Positions 23,554 through 28,241 of a DNA stretch of 28,241 nt are shown here, piece by piece; positions within the stretch are counted from its first letter, which is position 1, and each line of letters starts with the position of its first letter. The notes beneath the pieces are model-generated. The model had not been told where the DNA came from. It made no database searches and saw nothing but the letters and a program-made list of their open reading frames with translations. The stretch covers positions 1 to 28,241 of IMG/VR virus record IMGVR_UViG_3300033067_000434; one strand, written 5' to 3'. The DNA comes from a virus (lineage: Duplodnaviria; Caudoviricetes). The translations under genes and the position numbers were made by a program.

Positions 23554-24585
23554 TCAGTGCGAGCGGAGACGTAGCCGCCGGCGTCGCCGGTCGAGATCCT
23601 GGTCATCGGCTTCGGCCTGGACTGCGGCCGCGAACCTCGGATCGTCTGCCGTTCCTCGCAGACGCGGGTCAGTCTCACAGACGGCCACCATCTCAGGAGT
23701 GATGTTGTCGGCGCGCTGCGAGCTGCCGCGACGGCCGCCGCCCATCAGCCGCCTGACCGTCGCGTCAATGGTGTCCACACGGTCAGCCATGCCGAGCTTC
23801 ACGGCCTGTTGCGCGCCGACAACGCGGCCCTCGCCGAAGCCTCCCCGAACGTCGCTGACCTTGACGCCTCGGCCCTTGGCAACGGCGCTGGTAAACATGC
23901 TGTAGTAGTCTTCCACGCGCGCCTGAATCGCCGCGCGTGCTTCCTCCCCGAGCGGCTCGAAGGGGTTGCCTTCGGTTTTGTACTTGCCAGCCGAGATCAG
24001 GTTGATGGTCACGCCCTCGGCTTCGAGCATCCGCGACACGTCCTCATGCGCCGCGAACACGCCGATGCTGCCGACCTCGCCGCTCGGCGTCACCACGATC
24101 TCATCAGCCGACGCTGCAATCCAGTAGGCCGCCGAAGCTGCCATGCTGTCCGCGACCGCAACGATGGGCTTCTGGCCTCGCGCCTTGTAGATCGTGTCGG
24201 CCAACTCGGCCACGCCGTAGACGCCGCCGCCGGGGCTGTCGATCTGGAGCACGATGCTGCCGACCGCCGGATCGTTCATCGCCTGGCCGAACGCCGCTGC
24301 GATCCGCTCGGTTGATGTGCCGCCGGACATCTCGCTCATCATGCTGGCTCGCTGCATGATGGTGCCGAACACCGGGATGACCGCCACCGCGCCGCCGCTC
24401 TGCATCGGAGCCGGCCGGGCCGCGCCGATCCGCTGCTCGATCTCCTCAGCAGTCAGGCGGCCACCCTCGGCACGGAAGCGCAGCAGATCCATGATGGTCG
24501 CCAGCATCCCCGGCAGGATGGCCCACGGCATGTCGCGGACCAGCGCCACGACGCGATGGTAGTGGACCTGCTCGTCACTCGGCAT
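23554..24585 (-). CDS. S49 (SppA/ClpP-like) prohead maturation protease
   Basis: IDSPGG, AASAAYW, GSIGV and AGKYKTEG motifs; between portal and capsid. Confidence 0.93.
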   Translation of the reverse strand: MPSDEQVHYHRVVALVRDMPWAILPGMLATIMDLLRFRAEGGRLTAEEIEQRIGAARPAPMQSGGAVAVIPVFGTIMQRASMMSEMSGGTSTERIAAAFGQAMNDPAVGSIVLQIDSPGGGVYGVAELADTIYKARGQKPIVAVADSMAASAAYWIAASADEIVVTPSGEVGSIGVFAAHEDVSRMLEAEGVTINLISAGKYKTEGNPFEPLGEEARAAIQARVEDYYSMFTSAVAKGRGVKVSDVRGGFGEGRVVGAQQAVKLGMADRVDTIDATVRRLMGGGRRGSSQRADNITPEMVAVCETDPRLRGTADDPRFAAAVQAEADDQDLDRRRRRLRLRSH

Positions 24586-25846
24586 GGCCGTTCGCCCTCC
24601 CGTTCACCAGCGCCGCAAGCTCTGGCATGTCGTCCAGCACGCTCGCGTCGCCCCCGTTGCTGCCCGTCTGGCCTACCGTAATGTTCGGATTCTGGTACAC
24701 GTCGCCGCCCGGCCGGGGGTTCATGTTCTCCAGCCGCCGCACGTCGTTCGGGCTCAGGAACGTGCCTGTTAGGCCCACGAGGTAGGCGCGGTACCGGCTC
24801 TCCTGGTCACCCCGCAGCAGTCCGTCCACGACGTGCTCTGCGAAGTAGTTCTCTTTGTCGAAGATCAGGTCACGGCGGATGCTCTGCTCCCACCGCTTGA
24901 GCCAGGGCAACAGCGTGTAGGTCACGAACCCAATGCTGAGCTGCTCGATACCGCTTCCCCAGCTGGTGACCTTTGCCGTCGATCCGACCATATGCGGCGG
25001 CACTCCGAACCATCGACAGATGTCCTCGACGCTGAACTCCCGCGAGGCCAGCATCTGCGCGTCATCTGGCGTCACGCTGATCGGCGAAAACTTAGCGCCC
25101 TCCACCAGCACCGCCACCTTGTGGGCGTTCGATAGGCCGCCGTAGGTCTCCTGCCACTGCTCCCCGAGCAGTTTCGCCCCGTCCTTACTGAGCTTGCCGG
25201 CCACCTCGACGACGCCGCGCGGGCGGGCGTCCTGGCTGAACACGCGGCCAGCGTACTGCTCGGCTGCCAGCCCGATGCCCATGCTCTCGCGGGCGTAGGT
25301 GATCACGCTGCACGGCTGCATCCCATCAAGCGAGAGACCGTCCACCCGCAAGATACCGTCGTGGTAGATCGATTCCTCCGGCTGACCGGGCACACGGTAG
25401 ACGTACGGGTCGGTCAGGTTGTTCGGCACGCTCAGCCAGTCAGGGTTGAGCGGCTCGATGCCGCCTGAAACCACCCCGGCCGGCCCACCCACCAGCCGCG
25501 AGAATCCCGCGCCCCTGAGTAGTGCGTGCACGGTCATCTGCTGGCGCCAACCCTGCGCCGTCTGCCACGCGTTCGGCTGGTACTGAAGCCGGTTGTACAG
25601 CGCGTGGTAGGGCGCCCGCTCCTTACCGCCGTCCGGCCGCACCTTGTAGATGGGCAGAGGCAGGCTGGCGACCGACTCGGAGATGAGCCGCACGCACGCC
25701 CAGACCGCTGACAGTTTCAGCGCCGTGTCAGGATCGACCCGCACGCCAGTCAGGCTGGTGCCCCCGCGCGGCGAGTACCAGTAGTCGTCGAGCGGCGAGC
25801 GCGAGACATTGCCCTCGGCTCGGAAGAGCTTTGAGAGAAGTCCCAC
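24575..25846 (-). CDS. Phage portal protein, HK97 family
   Basis: SAVWACVRLISESVASLP, QPNAWQT, DAQML..R, ICRWFGVPPHMVG, SPNDVRRLENM.P.PGGD. Confidence 0.96.
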   Translation of the reverse strand: MGLLSKLFRAEGNVSRSPLDDYWYSPRGGTSLTGVRVDPDTALKLSAVWACVRLISESVASLPLPIYKVRPDGGKERAPYHALYNRLQYQPNAWQTAQGWRQQMTVHALLRGAGFSRLVGGPAGVVSGGIEPLNPDWLSVPNNLTDPYVYRVPGQPEESIYHDGILRVDGLSLDGMQPCSVITYARESMGIGLAAEQYAGRVFSQDARPRGVVEVAGKLSKDGAKLLGEQWQETYGGLSNAHKVAVLVEGAKFSPISVTPDDAQMLASREFSVEDICRWFGVPPHMVGSTAKVTSWGSGIEQLSIGFVTYTLLPWLKRWEQSIRRDLIFDKENYFAEHVVDGLLRGDQESRYRAYLVGLTGTFLSPNDVRRLENMNPRPGGDVYQNPNITVGQTGSNGGDASVLDDMPELAALVNGRANGHAE

Positions 25847-25847
25847 C

Positions 25848-25985
25848 TTACCGCCCCTTCACAATGCCGACAACCATCGCCAGCACACCGAACAGCACCA
25901 GCACTAGCCACGGATCGACCATCACGCAACCGGCCGCTGCGGCCAGCAGGCCTACGATCAGCAGCCCGTCCCATCGGTCGATCAT
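25848..25985 (-). CDS. Small two-helix membrane protein between terminase and portal (absent from ORF track)
   Basis: MIDRWDGLLIVGLLAAAAGCVMVDPWLVLVLFGVLAMVVGIVKGR; stop 1 nt before the portal GTG. Confidence 0.75.
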   Translation of the reverse strand: MIDRWDGLLIVGLLAAAAGCVMVDPWLVLVLFGVLAMVVGIVKGR

Positions 25986-26119
25986 CGAACGTCAATCCCT
26001 CGCCGTGGTAGCCAGAGTCCGCACCGTCTGCACCGATCTCCGAGTCCGCGCGCCCGCATCTCCAGGTGTCGCGCGTGCCACCCGGCCCAGCACAACAGCC
26101 CGCCCCAGAAGATCGCCAC
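25982..26119 (-). CDS. Small putative Zn-ribbon protein (45 aa, absent from ORF track)
   Basis: MAIFWGGLLCWAGWHARHLEMRARGLGDRCRRCGLWLPRRGIDVR; GAGGGG RBS, C-x4-H...CxxC ligands, ATGA overlap downstream. Confidence 0.6.
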   Translation of the reverse strand: MAIFWGGLLCWAGWHARHLEMRARGLGDRCRRCGLWLPRRGIDVR

Positions 26120-26131
26120 GATGCGCCCCTC

Positions 26132-27760
26132 TCAGATCACTAACAGGCCCTCGGTTTCGTACACGCTCTGGCCGTGGCCGTTCCGCGTTGCCCGGTCCAG
26201 CGCCATAATCATGGCTACAACGCCGTCTATCTTCTGCCGCGACTTCTCTTTGTCGGGCTTCAGGTTGCCGGCCGCATCGCTCCTGACCACCAGGTTGTCG
26301 GCCATCCACCTAAGCACTGCGTGCCCGCCGTGCTGGAGCTTCCTGGCGATCACCAGGCCGAGCAGCTCCTTTGTCGGCGCCGACATGCTGGCGTACCCCT
26401 GTCCCATGTCCACCACGGTCAGCCCGGCGTCGTCGAGGTTCTGACGCATCTGCGCCGCGCCCCACCGGTCGTAGGCGATCTCACGCACATCGAACCGTTC
26501 GGCCAGCCGCTGAATCTCCAGCTCGATGGCCTTGTACTCGATCACCGCGCCCGGCGTCGCCGTCAGCAGCCCCGCGTCTACCCACGACTGGTACGGCACC
26601 TGATCGCGCCGAGAGCGCTCGGGAATGGTCTCGGCCGGGGTCCAGAACCGACAAAGCACGTCGTATGTCCCATCGTCGTCAGGGAAGACCAGCACGAACG
26701 CCGCGATGTCCAGCGTCGAGGCGAGGTCAAGACCGCCGTAGCATACCCGGCCAGCGAGCTTGTCCTCGGCCACCAGTCCCGCCGAGGCGTCCCAATCGCT
26801 GATATTGAGCGCCCGATTCTCAGCCCTCACCCTGCGGTTGAGCGACAATCGCAGGAAGGTTGGGAAGTACGCTGGCAGCGACTTCGCTCGCTGCGCTTCT
26901 TTGCGGATGTACGCCAGTTGCACCGTGGTCCCGAGGCCAGGGTTCGCCTTGCGCCAGGTGCTCTCGGCGAACGGGTCGTCTGTTTCCTCAGCTGCCCAGA
27001 TCACCCCGTAGAACGTCGGGTCCTCGACGATCCGCTTCGCCAGTTGAATGGTGTAGTTGTGTTTTTCGGCGTAGATGGTCGTCTCGTCGCCATCATCCGC
27101 CGTGGTCAGGAAGATCACCAGCGGCTGCGTCCGCGCACCTGTCCCTGTCTCGATAGCGTCGATCAGGTGCCGCGACTTATGGACGTGGACCTCGTCAACG
27201 ATGGCCCCCGAGACGTTCAGCCCGTGCGCCGCCTCCGCGATCCGTGAGAGCGCCTGATAGCGGCTGCCGGTCTTGAGCACGCTTATGGTGCCGGCCAGCA
27301 GACGGAGCTTCTTGCTCAGTGCAGGCGTGGCCCGCGCCATTTTCTTGGCCTCGTCGAAGACGATCCGCGCCTGATCGCGGCTGCCAGCTGCCGAGTAGAC
27401 CTCCGCGCCCTGCTCGCCGTCCGCGCACAGCAGCACGAGCGCCAGGCCGCTCGCTACGGTGGACTTTCCGTTCTTGCGCGGCATCTCGACCCAGGCGGTC
27501 CGGTAGATCCGCGCACCGTCCGGGTGCTTCCACCCAAAGATCGGGCTGACGATGTATTCGAGCTGCCACTCTTCAAGATCGAAGGGAGCCCCGGCCCACT
27601 TGCCCTTCGTGTGCCGCAGCGCCCGGAGCGCCCGCACCACCCGATCTACAGCCGCCTGGTCGAACCATGCGCCGGGCACGTCGGGCGGCAACGGCGTCTG
27701 CCACAACGGCGCGCCCTGACGAGGCCTGTCAGACGTCGAAGGGGCTGTCTTCTTCGTCAT
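26132..27760 (-). CDS. terL: Terminase large subunit
   Basis: Walker A MPRKNGKST, Walker B AIVDEVH, WRKANPGLG, nuclease GGLDLAST.D and KIDG. Confidence 0.97.
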   Translation of the reverse strand: MTKKTAPSTSDRPRQGAPLWQTPLPPDVPGAWFDQAAVDRVVRALRALRHTKGKWAGAPFDLEEWQLEYIVSPIFGWKHPDGARIYRTAWVEMPRKNGKSTVASGLALVLLCADGEQGAEVYSAAGSRDQARIVFDEAKKMARATPALSKKLRLLAGTISVLKTGSRYQALSRIAEAAHGLNVSGAIVDEVHVHKSRHLIDAIETGTGARTQPLVIFLTTADDGDETTIYAEKHNYTIQLAKRIVEDPTFYGVIWAAEETDDPFAESTWRKANPGLGTTVQLAYIRKEAQRAKSLPAYFPTFLRLSLNRRVRAENRALNISDWDASAGLVAEDKLAGRVCYGGLDLASTLDIAAFVLVFPDDDGTYDVLCRFWTPAETIPERSRRDQVPYQSWVDAGLLTATPGAVIEYKAIELEIQRLAERFDVREIAYDRWGAAQMRQNLDDAGLTVVDMGQGYASMSAPTKELLGLVIARKLQHGGHAVLRWMADNLVVRSDAAGNLKPDKEKSRQKIDGVVAMIMALDRATRNGHGQSVYETEGLLVI

Positions 27761-28193
27761 AGTTACCGCCGGCCTCGATCAGCTGCATCCTGGCCCGCGC
27801 CGAGGGCGTCAATCCGAACTGCGCGCAGAATGCTCGAATCTCGATCAGCGCCCGGTTGCCGATGGCGACCTCCGGCCGAGGCGAGACGTAGCCGCTCTCG
27901 GTTGAGAATGTCAGACCGTCCTTTGCGAGTACCTCCTGACACTGCCGCCACCTGGCGTAGCTCTGGCAGTAGCCGGCCAGCGCTACGCCATCGATCTCAG
28001 TCAGCAGGCCGAGCCGCTCAAGCGCCGGAGCGATGCGCTTCCACTCGCGCTTAGCCTCCGCAGCGAGCCATGTGGGGCACTTCGGAGCCACCGGGCGAGG
28101 CTTCGGCTCGGTTCGATTGAGCTTTTCGTGCCCTGGGTTTCCCTCAAGTAGCTTGAGGGCCGAAGGGCGCGGGGCTGGCCCTCGAGCTCCCAT
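27729..28193 (-). CDS. terS: Terminase small subunit (P27 family)
   Basis: GPAPRPSALKLLEGNPG, PTWL...AKREWKR, YCQSYARW, FGLTPSARARM. Confidence 0.95.
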   Translation of the reverse strand: MGARGPAPRPSALKLLEGNPGHEKLNRTEPKPRPVAPKCPTWLAAEAKREWKRIAPALERLGLLTEIDGVALAGYCQSYARWRQCQEVLAKDGLTFSTESGYVSPRPEVAIGNRALIEIRAFCAQFGLTPSARARMQLIEAGGNYDEEDSPFDV

Positions 28194-28241
28194 CAGGCAG
28201 AGACCCCCTTGCGCAAAAACCTCAGCGCGCGAAAAGTTGAC

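Larger units (their letters stand above)
1..28241 (-). mobile_element. Tailed dsDNA phage/prophage segment (HK97-like head, siphovirus-like tail, start of early operon)
   Basis: Canonical terminase-portal-protease-capsid-neck-tail-tape measure-fibre order, all co-oriented. No host housekeeping genes or att sites seen, so prophage versus free phage is undetermined. Confidence 0.96.

Overview
This GC-rich window is part of a tailed dsDNA phage or prophage with HK97-type head genes and a siphovirus-like tail. Every credible gene is on the minus strand, and most are translationally coupled. Reading right to left, the order is: small and large terminase, two tiny ORFs, portal, S49 prohead protease and major capsid protein. 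A roughly 6 kb insert follows, holding putative head-accessory/glycan-active genes, an ECF sigma factor and a secreted FN3/Pro-Thr protein. Next come the neck genes, a holin, two paralogous tail-tube-like genes, a tail chaperone with a -1 frameshift site, the tape measure, one tail-tip protein, three fibre/spike-like genes and a strong hairpin terminator. An early-type operon then starts at a sigma70-like promoter: RHH regulator, excisionase-like HTH, small membrane and Zn proteins, C5 DNA methyltransferase, HNH-AP2 endonuclease and a Zn-finger repeat protein cut by the window edge. No integrase, CI-like repressor, endolysin, tRNA, CRISPR array or reverse transcriptase is visible. The host is unknown; a high-GC monoderm such as Chloroflexota is only a guess. 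The most unusual elements are the ECF-sigma/secreted-protein cassette coupled into the virion operon, the expanded head-accessory cluster, shared hairpin motifs before the capsid and tail-tube genes, and a repressor-less structured control region at 3844-4105. All family calls come from motif recognition by eye, without database searches.
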